DNA of 64,000 bases from Escherichia coli. GTDB taxonomy: Bacteria; Pseudomonadota; Gammaproteobacteria; Enterobacterales; Enterobacteriaceae. Both the position numbers and the translations under genes were made by a program. The stretch lies in NCBI RefSeq assembly GCF_024223415.1, contig NZ_CP100500.1; one strand, 5' to 3'. Under the pieces are notes generated by a model, which was not told where the DNA came from, ran no database searches, and saw only the letters and a list, made by a program, of their open reading frames with translations. Shown one piece after another: positions 11,232 to 20,857 of the stretch (positions are counted from its first letter, which is position 1; every line of letters begins with the position of its first letter).

Positions 11232-11828
11232 TCAAACCTCTTCTCTTTTTAATTTTTCGTTTATGAGATTATTTCTTTCCCATAATCCGGCAAAACGAGC
11301 AGCATTACTGGCGGTATAACGTACAGTATGGCGAATATTTCGATGCCCGAGATAATCCTGAATTAAACGAGTATCTGCACCACGCTCCGCCAGTTCATAA
11401 CCGCAAGCATGCCTTAACATATGAGGATGAGTCTGCGTTACGGTTCCAGCTTCAATACCGGCATCACGAATAATGCGATAGGCCTGCTGGCGAGAAAGCC
11501 GACTCCCGCGGCGAGAAATAAATATGGCGTCGGTCCGGTCAGCGCCTTTCCAGTTAGCACGTTCCTGGGTCCAGCGTTCCACGGCTTCACGCTCATCAAA
11601 ACGCAACGGGTGAACGGTAGAAAACCCGTTCTTCAGTCGGCGAATATTTATTCGACCTTCATTAAGGTCAAGATCCTGATAATGCAGATCAAGCAGTTCA
11701 CTAATACGCATCCCATGCCGATATGCCAACAGAATAAGACAATAATCTCTGGCTCCCGTTGCCCCGTAACAAACCGCCTGCATCATGGCCTGAACTTCTT
11801 TACCGGTAAGATAACGACGTTTACTCAC
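11232..11828 (-). CDS. fimE: tyrosine recombinase (ON-to-OFF fim switch recombinase)
   Basis: 198-aa ORF with recombinase motifs (…HPHMLRHACGYELAERGADTRLIQDYLGHRNIRHTVRYT…), immediately upstream of fimS. Confidence 0.95.
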   Translation of the reverse strand: MSKRRYLTGKEVQAMMQAVCYGATGARDYCLILLAYRHGMRISELLDLHYQDLDLNEGRINIRRLKNGFSTVHPLRFDEREAVERWTQERANWKGADRTDAIFISRRGSRLSRQQAYRIIRDAGIEAGTVTQTHPHMLRHACGYELAERGADTRLIQDYLGHRNIRHTVRYTASNAARFAGLWERNNLINEKLKREEV

Positions 11829-12305
11829 AATAGTAGTACTCCTAACTGAGATATATTTGAATGAATACCTATAGGAAACCTCAATAGGTCAAAATTAGCC
11901 CAATAGATAAAAAGATAACCACACACGACGTGATGTGGCTATCAGTCAATTACATTAAATATCATACAAAAATAAAATATCACTGATGTGATAACATCTA
12001 TTTTCATTGATTTGATTCAATATAACAATAGATTGCAGTGGATTAACTTCCAGTTGCTTAAAAAATAAAGAAAAAAGTGCGAAAACAGGAGAATTTAAGT
12101 GATGTGTAAATTTATGAATGATTTTGTTTATTTATTTTGAAGAACACAAACCATTGTATTTTGTATGGATATGGTTAACTTAATGTTTATTATGATAATT
12201 AAGAATTATACTTACAATAACATCAATTAATAAATGGTTAATCATTTTTGATATATCGTAAGAATAATGTAGTTTTTAACACCATCCCTGGTATCTCAAC
12301 TATCT

Positions 12306-12908
12306 CTATAAAACAGCGTGACGCTGTCGTCCTCTGGCTCTATCCCAGATGCCGTAAAAACGCCCTGCATTGCTGGCGGTATACCAGACAGTATGACGAA
12401 TATTGCGATGCCCAAGATAATCCTGGATAAGTCGCGTATCTATTCCCATATTCGCCAAAGCAAAACCACACGAATGGCGTAACATGTGCGGATGAATCTC
12501 CAGTGACAACCCGGCATTACCACCGGAAGTCGAGATAATATGGTAAAACTGTTGCCGAGAAAGCGGATTCCCCTTACGCGATAAAAATACCCACTCGCTC
12601 TCAGCATGCGGGTACGAAGTACGGATACTCAACCAGTTTTTTAAAGCCTGAACTTCTTTGTTCAATAGCGGGTGCGTTGTTGAAAAGCCTTTTTTTAATC
12701 GATGGATATATATACACTTTGCCTTAAGATCAATATCCGAAATCCTCAATCGACAAATTTCACTCGCCCGGAAACCATGAATAAAACAAAGCAAAGTCAG
12801 ACAATAATTACGTGCTGCATGAGGCCCGGTATTTGCTGCTTTAAGGAGTGATTCGATTTCACTATGGGTCAGGAAGTTCCTTTTTTTGTTATCAGCCTTA
12901 TTCTTCAT
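12306..12908 (-). CDS. fimB: tyrosine recombinase (bidirectional fim switch recombinase)
   Basis: ORF 12306..12938. The start is taken at MKNKADNKKRNFLTHSEIESLL. It is a paralog of fimE (…HPHMLRHSCGFALANMGIDTRLIQDYLGHRNIRHTVWYT…). Confidence 0.9.
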   Translation of the reverse strand: MKNKADNKKRNFLTHSEIESLLKAANTGPHAARNYCLTLLCFIHGFRASEICRLRISDIDLKAKCIYIHRLKKGFSTTHPLLNKEVQALKNWLSIRTSYPHAESEWVFLSRKGNPLSRQQFYHIISTSGGNAGLSLEIHPHMLRHSCGFALANMGIDTRLIQDYLGHRNIRHTVWYTASNAGRFYGIWDRARGRQRHAVL

Positions 12909-13923
12909 CGTTTTTCCCTTATAATTACAGACGCGCACTAGCTGTGCTGGGTTAGCAATAATCCAACATTTTTATCCTGATTATGTTTATAAAAGCGAAC
13001 GTTTGCTTAATAACTAACGTAAGTGGACCAGTTCTTCTGAGTGAACTTAAATGGGGTAGCAACAGTTAATTATAATAACGTTGCCATACAAACGCTATGC
13101 TCTTGCATGCTATGTACCTTTATATATTTATCAATCGGATACGAATCTAATAATAACCCTCATCATTAATGCAACTAATCTTATCTATATATCATGTGAT
13201 ATGTTCTGTAACAAGTAAAATCAACATAAAAAATTCAGCAAAATTTAATATTCGTTCAACTAGCCGTCTCACATATGACATTATTAGTCAACTCCATTTG
13301 CCACAAAATGGCTATTTCATGGAGCGCAGTAATTTCTTAGTGGCTATTATCATGCTAATTCTTAGGTCCCTAGCGATTATTCCTGGCTGGTTCGTCAGCT
13401 TACGCCATGAGATTGTTACATTCCTTTTTATCCTGGAGATATGGGGGAACGCAGGAGATGATTTTTTCATCTACATTCGTTGGTAAATATGGCTTTGGTC
13501 ACTACGACTTAAACCTTCCTCAATCACAGCCATTCGCCGGGCGATACGGCAAACAAACTAAGTGAAACATCATCCTGAAAACACCAACATCAACAAGCCT
13601 CTCCAGATCGACTTCAGAAGTGACCAGTTACAAGCCACAAACCAGGAAACATATTTCATGATGAGAATTATGCTCAGCCTGATGGCGGGTAAACACTGAT
13701 TTTCACCAAGCTCACTGAGTTAGCTTGCAAAGCTTCCCTTGTTTAGACTCTAAATAAATTTTTTATAAAACAAATAGTTAAAAGAAGATCTTTAGTTTTT
13801 GAAGACCACTGCAAGTGTTCGTCTGGCTTCACATGGCATCTTCCTCTTAGAAAAAGATCGACATATTTTGTGACACGAATTGCAAATCTGGTTTTGTTGT
13901 ATGGATTGCGTGATTTTTGATCT

Positions 13924-13938
13924 GGTATAACAGGTATA
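13924..13938. promoter_or_regulatory. GGTATA direct repeats (NanR-type operator) in the fimB-nanC intergenic region
   Basis: ggtataacaggtataa has GGTATA at 13924-13929 and 13933-13938, upstream of nanC. NanR is known to bind GGTATA repeats. Confidence 0.5.
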
Positions 13939-14361
13939 AAGGTGCACCAAGATAGTCAATGAGACAGGGCATCTCGCAATCTATGGCAAACATCACTTCA
14001 GTTCTTTCTCATCGGGTGATGAAAACGCACTTCAGTCTGAAAGGAATATGAAAATGAGATCAATAGACACTCTATTTTATGACTCTGGGTAAAATGAATT
14101 GAGTAAGTGATATAGCTTACGAACATTCAAATCAATTAAACATCAGAAGAGATTTTATACTCAGGTATTTAATCTGGCTCTCTGTTTATTTAAATAATGT
14201 GGAAAGAGAATTTTCACAGGAGACCTTATACAAAAAATATAAAATAAGCTACCCGTTGCCAAAGACACTATAAGCCTGGCAAAAAATATTACACAACATA
14301 AATGCTAATTGTTTATGCGGGCTTTGTATTGCTTTCTGTATCCTACAAATGAGTGAAATTT

Positions 14362-15078
14362 ATGAAAAAGGCTAAAATACTTTCTGGCGTATTATTACTG
14401 TGCTTTTCGTCACCATTAATTTCTCAGGCTGCGACACTGGACGTACGTGGTGGATATCGTAGTGGAAGCCACGCCTATGAGACTCGACTCAAAGTCAGTG
14501 AGGGATGGCAAAATGGATGGTGGGCAAGTATGGAAAGTAATACCTGGAATACCATTCATGATAATAAAAAGGAAAATGCCGCACTCAATGATGTTCAGGT
14601 TGAAGTTAATTACGCGATTAAACTTGATGATCAATGGACGGTGCGCCCGGGAATGTTAACGCATTTTAGCAGCAACGGCACACGCTACGGACCCTACGTA
14701 AAACTGTCCTGGGACGCGACAAAAGATCTTAATTTTGGCATTCGCTATCGTTACGACTGGAAAGCTTACCGACAACAAGACTTATCCGGTGATATGTCTC
14801 GTGATAACGTTCATCGTTGGGATGGATATGTCACTTACCATATTAATAGTGATTTCACCTTCGCATGGCAAACGACGCTATACAGCAAACAGAACGATTA
14901 TCGCTATGCAAACCATAAGAAATGGGCGACGGAAAATGCATTTGTTCTACAATACCATATGACGCCCGATATTACGCCATACATAGAATATGACTACCTG
15001 GACCGTCAGGGTGTTTACAACGGCAGAGATAATTTATCGGAAAACAGTTATCGCATTGGTGTGTCATTTAAACTGTAG
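14362..15078 (+). CDS. nanC: N-acetylneuraminic acid outer-membrane channel
   Basis: MKKAKILSGVLLLCFSSPLISQA signal peptide, KdgM-family beta-barrel ending RIGVSFKL. Confidence 0.9.
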   Translation: MKKAKILSGVLLLCFSSPLISQAATLDVRGGYRSGSHAYETRLKVSEGWQNGWWASMESNTWNTIHDNKKENAALNDVQVEVNYAIKLDDQWTVRPGMLTHFSSNGTRYGPYVKLSWDATKDLNFGIRYRYDWKAYRQQDLSGDMSRDNVHRWDGYVTYHINSDFTFAWQTTLYSKQNDYRYANHKKWATENAFVLQYHMTPDITPYIEYDYLDRQGVYNGRDNLSENSYRIGVSFKL

Positions 15079-15097
15079 TAGACAGGAGACAGTCACA

Positions 15098-16204
15098 ATG
15101 AATAAAACAATAACGGCGCTTGCTATCATGATGGCTTCATTTGCCGCAAACGCGTCTGTATTACCGGAAACTCCTGTGCCATTTAAAAGTGGTACCGGAG
15201 CAATTGATAACGACACTGTCTACATTGGTTTAGGTAGCGCAGGTACGGCATGGTACAAGCTGGATACACAGGCCAAAGATAAAAAATGGACAGCGTTAGC
15301 TGCATTCCCTGGCGGACCAAGAGATCAAGCAACCTCTGCATTTATTGATGGCAATCTGTATGTGTTTGGCGGCATTGGCAAAAACAGCGAGGGCTTGACT
15401 CAGGTATTTAATGACGTACACAAATACAACCCCAAAACCAATAGCTGGGTTAAATTGATGTCGCACGCGCCGATGGGCATGGCGGGCCATGTGACTTTTG
15501 TACACAACGGCAAGGCTTATGTTACTGGCGGTGTTAACCAGAATATCTTCAATGGCTATTTTGAAGATCTCAACGAGGCTGGAAAAGATTCAACCGCTAT
15601 AGATAAAATCAACGCTCACTATTTTGACAAAAAAGCAGAAGATTATTTCTTCAATAAGTTTCTGTTGTCTTTTGATCCCTCAACACAGCAATGGAGTTAC
15701 GCTGGCGAATCTCCCTGGTACGGAACGGCTGGTGCGGCGGTTGTGAATAAAGGTGATAAAACCTGGCTTATTAATGGCGAAGCCAAACCAGGATTGCGAA
15801 CGGATGCCGTATTTGAACTTGATTTCACCGGCAATAATTTAAAATGGAATAAGCTTGCTCCCGTCTCATCACCAGATGGCGTCGCTGGCGGTTTTGCGGG
15901 GATAAGCAATGATTCTCTTATATTTGCCGGAGGGGCCGGATTCAAAGGTTCACGAGAAAATTACCAGAACGGTAAGAACTATGCGCATGAAGGCCTGAAA
16001 AAATCATATAGCACTGATATTCATCTTTGGCATAACGGGAAATGGGATAAATCGGGTGAATTATCGCAAGGTCGGGCCTACGGAGTATCATTGCCCTGGA
16101 ATAATAGTCTATTGATTATTGGCGGTGAAACTGCAGGCGGCAAAGCGGTGACGGATTCAGTTTTGATCTCTGTGAAGGATAATAAAGTCACAGTACAAAA
16201 CTAA
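15098..16204 (+). CDS. nanM: N-acetylneuraminate mutarotase (Kelch-repeat)
   Basis: The start is taken at ATG 15098 (MNKTITALAIMMASFAANA signal peptide) with GGAG-like RBS upstream. The ORF-track start at 14990 overlaps nanC and is rejected. Confidence 0.9.
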   Translation: MNKTITALAIMMASFAANASVLPETPVPFKSGTGAIDNDTVYIGLGSAGTAWYKLDTQAKDKKWTALAAFPGGPRDQATSAFIDGNLYVFGGIGKNSEGLTQVFNDVHKYNPKTNSWVKLMSHAPMGMAGHVTFVHNGKAYVTGGVNQNIFNGYFEDLNEAGKDSTAIDKINAHYFDKKAEDYFFNKFLLSFDPSTQQWSYAGESPWYGTAGAAVVNKGDKTWLINGEAKPGLRTDAVFELDFTGNNLKWNKLAPVSSPDGVAGGFAGISNDSLIFAGGAGFKGSRENYQNGKNYAHEGLKKSYSTDIHLWHNGKWDKSGELSQGRAYGVSLPWNNSLLIIGGETAGGKAVTDSVLISVKDNKVTVQN

Positions 16205-16268
16205 CGCTTCAGGGCCCCAGTAAAGGGGCCCTGCTATCAATTTGTCATTTCAATTACGCGAAATTTAT

Positions 16269-17249
16269 ATGAACGCAATAATATCGCCTGATTATTACTA
16301 TGTTCTTACCGTTGCTGGTCAGTCTAATGCCATGGCGTATGGCGAAGGACTGCCATTACCGGACAGGGAAGATGCGCCTCATCCCAGAATTAAACAATTA
16401 GCGAGATTTGCGCATACGCATCCCGGAGGCCCGTCATGTCACTTTAACGACATTATTCCACTGACTCACTGCCCACACGATGTTCAGGATATGCAGGGTT
16501 ATCACCATCCTCTGGCAACGAATCATCAAACACAGTACGGCACCGTTGGCCAGGCACTGCATATTGCACGGAAATTACTGCCCTTTATTCCTGATAACGC
16601 AGGGGTTCTCATCGTTCCGTGTTGCCGTGGCGGATCGGCTTTTACCGCGGGCAGCGAAGGGACATATTCAGAACGGCACGGAGCCAGCCATGATGCTTGT
16701 CGTTGGGGAACGGATACTCCGCTATACCAGGATTTAGTCAGCAGAACGCGAGCCGCATTGGCAAAAAATCCGCAGAACAAATTCCTCGGCGTATGCTGGA
16801 TGCAAGGCGAATTTGACTTAATGACCAGTGACTACGCGTCACACCCTCAACACTTTAATCATATGGTTGAAGCCTTTCGTAGGGATCTAAAACAATACCA
16901 TTCTCAGCTTAATAATATTACTGATGCGCCCTGGTTTTGCGGCGATACCACCTGGTACTGGAAAGAAAATTTCCCTCATGCGTATGAAGCTATTTATGGC
17001 AATTACCAAAATAATGTTTTAGCCAATATTATTTTCGTCGACTTCCAGCAACAAGGTGAAAGAGGACTGACGAACGCGCCTGATGAAGACCCGGACGATT
17101 TAAGCACGGGATATTACGGTTCAGCGTACCGGTCACCGGAGAACTGGACGACGGCACTGAGAAGCAGCCATTTCAGCGCGGCAGCCCGTCGGGGGATTAT
17201 TTCTGACAGGTTTGTAGAAGCAATTTTGCAGTTTTGGCGCGAAAAGTGA
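16269..17249 (+). CDS. nanS: 9-O-acetyl-N-acetylneuraminate esterase
   Basis: ORF 16242..17249, probable start at MNAIISPDYYYVLTVAGQSNAMAYGEG, downstream of nanM. The exact start is uncertain. Confidence 0.85.
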   Translation: MNAIISPDYYYVLTVAGQSNAMAYGEGLPLPDREDAPHPRIKQLARFAHTHPGGPSCHFNDIIPLTHCPHDVQDMQGYHHPLATNHQTQYGTVGQALHIARKLLPFIPDNAGVLIVPCCRGGSAFTAGSEGTYSERHGASHDACRWGTDTPLYQDLVSRTRAALAKNPQNKFLGVCWMQGEFDLMTSDYASHPQHFNHMVEAFRRDLKQYHSQLNNITDAPWFCGDTTWYWKENFPHAYEAIYGNYQNNVLANIIFVDFQQQGERGLTNAPDEDPDDLSTGYYGSAYRSPENWTTALRSSHFSAAARRGIISDRFVEAILQFWREK

Positions 17250-17302
17250 GCGTTCATTAATTTGATTTATTCGCATCCATCAACGCTTTTAACTCCTCCG
17301 GC

Positions 17303-17978
17303 GTGCGGCACTATAACGACTTCCACAACAAGGAGCCATTTTCTTATACCACTTTCAGTGACCATCCGCTTATGCCACCACCCTCTACGCAACTGTTTGC
17401 AGAGCACCTTCCCACCGAGTGGATACAGCACTTCCTGACGCTTTCTGCTCATGCGACCGTTCGTCGTCTTAACCTGAGCGTGGATGGCGAAGCGGGGATG
17501 AACCTGCTGGCGCCCGCAGCGCTGTCACCCAGGCGCGTCAGCGCGTGGGGGCCGCCCCGGTGGAATGGCTCTTCCGCCAGACCGCACAGACATGGGGCGC
17601 GGAACGTTACCTGAAGGATGACTGGCACGGCCTGCAACTTTTTGCCATTGATGGCGCACAGTTCAGGACACCTGATGAACCCGAGCTGCGTGAATATTAT
17701 GGCTCTGCCAACACATCCACTGAGCGGCAGAGCGCCTACCCCGTCATGCGTCTGGTGGCGTTAATGAATCTGGGAATCACATTCTACTGAATGCCATGAC
17801 CGCGCCTACCAGCGGAGCGATACGGCGTGAGGCAACAAAAGCGGCGTCAGAGATCAGCTTTAAGTTCGCGTTCCAGTTTATCGTGACAGAAATGATAGTG
17901 CTGGGAAACACGGCGTCACCGGGGACTATCCCGAAACGACTGGAGCATCTGCGGGGGCTCTGGAAGTGGTGTTCATAA
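17303..17978 (+). pseudogene. IS4-family transposase remnant (fragmented across three frames, internally deleted)
   Basis: Fragments …WLFRQTAQTWGAERYLKDDWHGLQLFAIDGAQFRTPDEPE… and …ASPGTIPKRLEHL… resemble N- and C-terminal parts of IS4-type transposase as recalled. No intact ORF or terminal inverted repeats were identified. Confidence 0.55.
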
Positions 17979-18702
17979 CAAAACGCCCCCGACCATCAAG
18001 GGCGAGGGCGGTTAAGATATCAAAAACCCGTTATCCTGTGAAACACAGTGCCGCCCCGATTAAGTGAACGGCATTGTGTTTCTGAGGGACCTTAATTTTC
18101 CCTGATTCTCTGACGTTCCTTACCATTGATATTTCCTTCATTCCTCACCAGAGAAATAAAAAATCACTATACTCATCAAAATATGAGATTACCTTTATTC
18201 AGGTGATCACCTTACTATTTTTTACGGAAAATAAATTATGAATAACAAGAAATCACTGACAAACCACCTGTAAAATGTCAATCATTTTAGTTCAATTGCC
18301 TTTGTCATGATTATCTTTTTATCGTCCTGACGATACTATTAACAATTGCAATTTTTATACCCCTCCTGAACAAATAGAAAAGAACTAATATATTCGTTTA
18401 TAATTCTGGTAATCCTGGCATCATACGTTTAAAACTTAAGATATTTATTTTATCATCATCATGGTTCCAGAGACTATTGGTCAGCTGGAAATGCCAGCCT
18501 TTTCGTGCCAGCTATATTTGTCCAGTGTGTCACCCCATCCAAAAATCATCCACATCCTGACGTTACGTTAGATATAGAGAAAACAGGTTGTACTGTGCAA
18601 TATGCAAACCGCATAAGCGAATATAATTTCTAAGTTGATATTGTCTGGCTGTTGGGAGCTAAGCAATATAAATATCGCCAGTTGCCAGAACGGTTATATA
18701 GA

Positions 18703-18732
18703 CCAGGAGCGTTTCGGCTCCTGGCCTGTTTT
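18703..18732. terminator. GC-rich hairpin (ccaggagc-loop-gctcctgg) immediately downstream of the UvrD-like gene
   Basis: Perfect 8-bp stem, T-run on the plus strand and A/T-rich tail on the minus strand. Possible bidirectional terminator closing the four-gene operon. Confidence 0.4.
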
Positions 18733-18742
18733 GGACATATTA

Positions 18743-20857
18743 TCAGTCAGCCACTAATAGCGGACTAGGGACACCAGATGATGAAACAAACAGCCCTTTT
18801 ACGGCACGGGTTGCAGCCACATGCAGTAACGCGCGCTCATTAAATAATGCATCACGCTGTTCAACGGGATCATCGGATGCTAATGCTTTTATTTCCGGCA
18901 CAACGCCTTCGTTAATCCCCACCAGGAACACATACTGGAACTCAAGCCCTTTAATACGGTGCATCGTTGCAACCCGCACGCCAGGGCGTGCATCGCTGTC
19001 ACCGCTATCATTGCCTAAATTAAATGTCTCAATTCCGGCGTCATTCAGTGCTGATGCGTAGCGGTCACAAGCATGTTTAGTACGCGCAGTAATGCAGATA
19101 TCCTGAGAACGAACCTGATTCGCCAGCAATGCCTGAATTTGCTTGACGAGCGTTGCAGCCTCTTCTTTGAAATCTGCCGCATGCGTAATCATGGGCTTTT
19201 CCCCGTGCAGTAATGACAAATAATCATTACTGGTATCCGCTTCGCCATCGAGGTTATCAACCTTCACACCAGTTAACAGCCCAACAGCAAATTGACGCGT
19301 CTCTTCTGTGGTCCGATAGTTAATCTTCAATTTTTTACTGCGACGACCACGGACGTTAATACCACACTGACCAAGAACGACCTTATTGCGATAAATACGC
19401 TGATGCCCATCCCCGACAATAAACAGATCGTTGGGCGACTCGGGAACCAGGCTGCGAATAAGAGTAAATGCCGGGGCACCGATATCTTGAGCTTCATCGA
19501 CCACAATACTGCTATAAGGTAGTTGGACCTGCTTTTCTTTAAACAGAACAATAGCCTCATGCATGGCATCGCCCATTTCGCGCAGTTTGGCACGCGCCAT
19601 TTGTGCTCTGAATTCTTCAAAGACTGGCCAGATTTTCGCCCGTTGAATACGGGATAACGCTGTACCACGTCCAACCCGGCTGACTTTGAGGTATTCCTCC
19701 CGGGTGTAAACCGCATTTGGCTGGACAACGCGTTGCCACTCTTCAGCATAGAAATTATCAGGTAGCCCCAGTTCGGCAGGTGCCTGCTGCAAGGCATAGT
19801 TCCAGCATTTGCGTCGCCCTTCATCGCTGTCGTATACCACGCGGAAATCATAACCGTGGCGTTTTAGTTGGTCGCTCATCCAGGCATCAATGTTAACGAC
19901 GTCAATACGCGCCATCTCTTCTCGCGTACACAACCGCTGGAGATTAGCGCGAATATCTGCCGCCAGGTTACGCGTAAAGGTCGTGAAAAGTACCTTCTTA
20001 CCGGGTTTATCTGCCAGACGCTGAGATAACCACCGCGCACGGTGCATCGCAACAACCGTTTTCCCTGTACCTGCACCGCCCAGTACTCGTACCGGACCAT
20101 TAGCGGGCGACTCCACCAGTTTTCGCTGGCTCGGATGCAGAAATACACGCCATTTTTCTAAAGGCGCATTAAGCATCTGCAACAGCTCCTGTTCATTTTC
20201 AACGACATGGAAGCGACGTTTACTTCGTTCAATCGCCTCCATAAAGTCGTTGGTATCAACAGGCTCATCACGATGATCGTTAAACTCTTCCAGCACTTCC
20301 TGGTAATCCAGCCCTTCTGCCAGCCAGTGCAGAGGTTCCCAGGCTTCTGCTGGCATTATGCTTTCAAGTTGGTTAAGCCCGGCTTCATCGGTAAGCGCCA
20401 TCACCTGATCAATAAAGACAGGCGGCACGCCCAGGGCCAGAATCTGTTCCGCGCTGTAAGCCGCGAAGAGTTTCGGTTTATCAACCACCGCTTCCGGTGC
20501 CGGTTTGATATAGCTAATATCAATAACCTGAATCGCGCCGGTAACTGGGTGAATCGAACAATCATGCCGCCGCGCCCAGTCGTATGCTTCGTCGTGTTTA
20601 TCCACCCACATCAGCATATACAGGGCACCCTGTTCAGGTTTCAGAACAATGCCGCGATAAGTTTGATCGATTCGCACCGAATGGACATTTTTACTGCGCG
20701 CATCGTGGATCTTTTCATAGTTAAGTCCATTACTGGTCGGGTCCTGACGGAATTTGGAGATGAATTCCTGCACCTTTTTTTGCTGTGCTTTTGGGATCCG
20801 CGCGAATGCGCCCAGAAAACCATCAGAAAGTGCCACCTTGGGCGTTTGCACCGTCAT
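18743..20857 (-). CDS. UvrD/PcrA-like superfamily-1 helicase with ~250-aa N-terminal extension (last gene of four-gene defence operon)
   Basis: Walker A VLGGAGTGKTVVAMHR, Walker B IVVDEAQDI, C-terminal motif VATMHRIKGLEFQYVFLVG. The start ATG overlaps the stop of the upstream 2113-aa gene (ATGA). Confidence 0.75.
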   Translation of the reverse strand: MTVQTPKVALSDGFLGAFARIPKAQQKKVQEFISKFRQDPTSNGLNYEKIHDARSKNVHSVRIDQTYRGIVLKPEQGALYMLMWVDKHDEAYDWARRHDCSIHPVTGAIQVIDISYIKPAPEAVVDKPKLFAAYSAEQILALGVPPVFIDQVMALTDEAGLNQLESIMPAEAWEPLHWLAEGLDYQEVLEEFNDHRDEPVDTNDFMEAIERSKRRFHVVENEQELLQMLNAPLEKWRVFLHPSQRKLVESPANGPVRVLGGAGTGKTVVAMHRARWLSQRLADKPGKKVLFTTFTRNLAADIRANLQRLCTREEMARIDVVNIDAWMSDQLKRHGYDFRVVYDSDEGRRKCWNYALQQAPAELGLPDNFYAEEWQRVVQPNAVYTREEYLKVSRVGRGTALSRIQRAKIWPVFEEFRAQMARAKLREMGDAMHEAIVLFKEKQVQLPYSSIVVDEAQDIGAPAFTLIRSLVPESPNDLFIVGDGHQRIYRNKVVLGQCGINVRGRRSKKLKINYRTTEETRQFAVGLLTGVKVDNLDGEADTSNDYLSLLHGEKPMITHAADFKEEAATLVKQIQALLANQVRSQDICITARTKHACDRYASALNDAGIETFNLGNDSGDSDARPGVRVATMHRIKGLEFQYVFLVGINEGVVPEIKALASDDPVEQRDALFNERALLHVAATRAVKGLFVSSSGVPSPLLVAD

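Noticed and set aside
13169-13486. 105-aa ORF in the fimB-nanC intergenic region
   Set aside because: AT-rich, no RBS or motif, and it lies in a region known to be a long regulatory intergenic stretch; likely spurious.
14990-15097. Upstream extension of the nanM ORF to 14990
   Set aside because: It overlaps the 3-prime end of nanC, whereas ATG 15098 has an RBS and starts a typical signal peptide.
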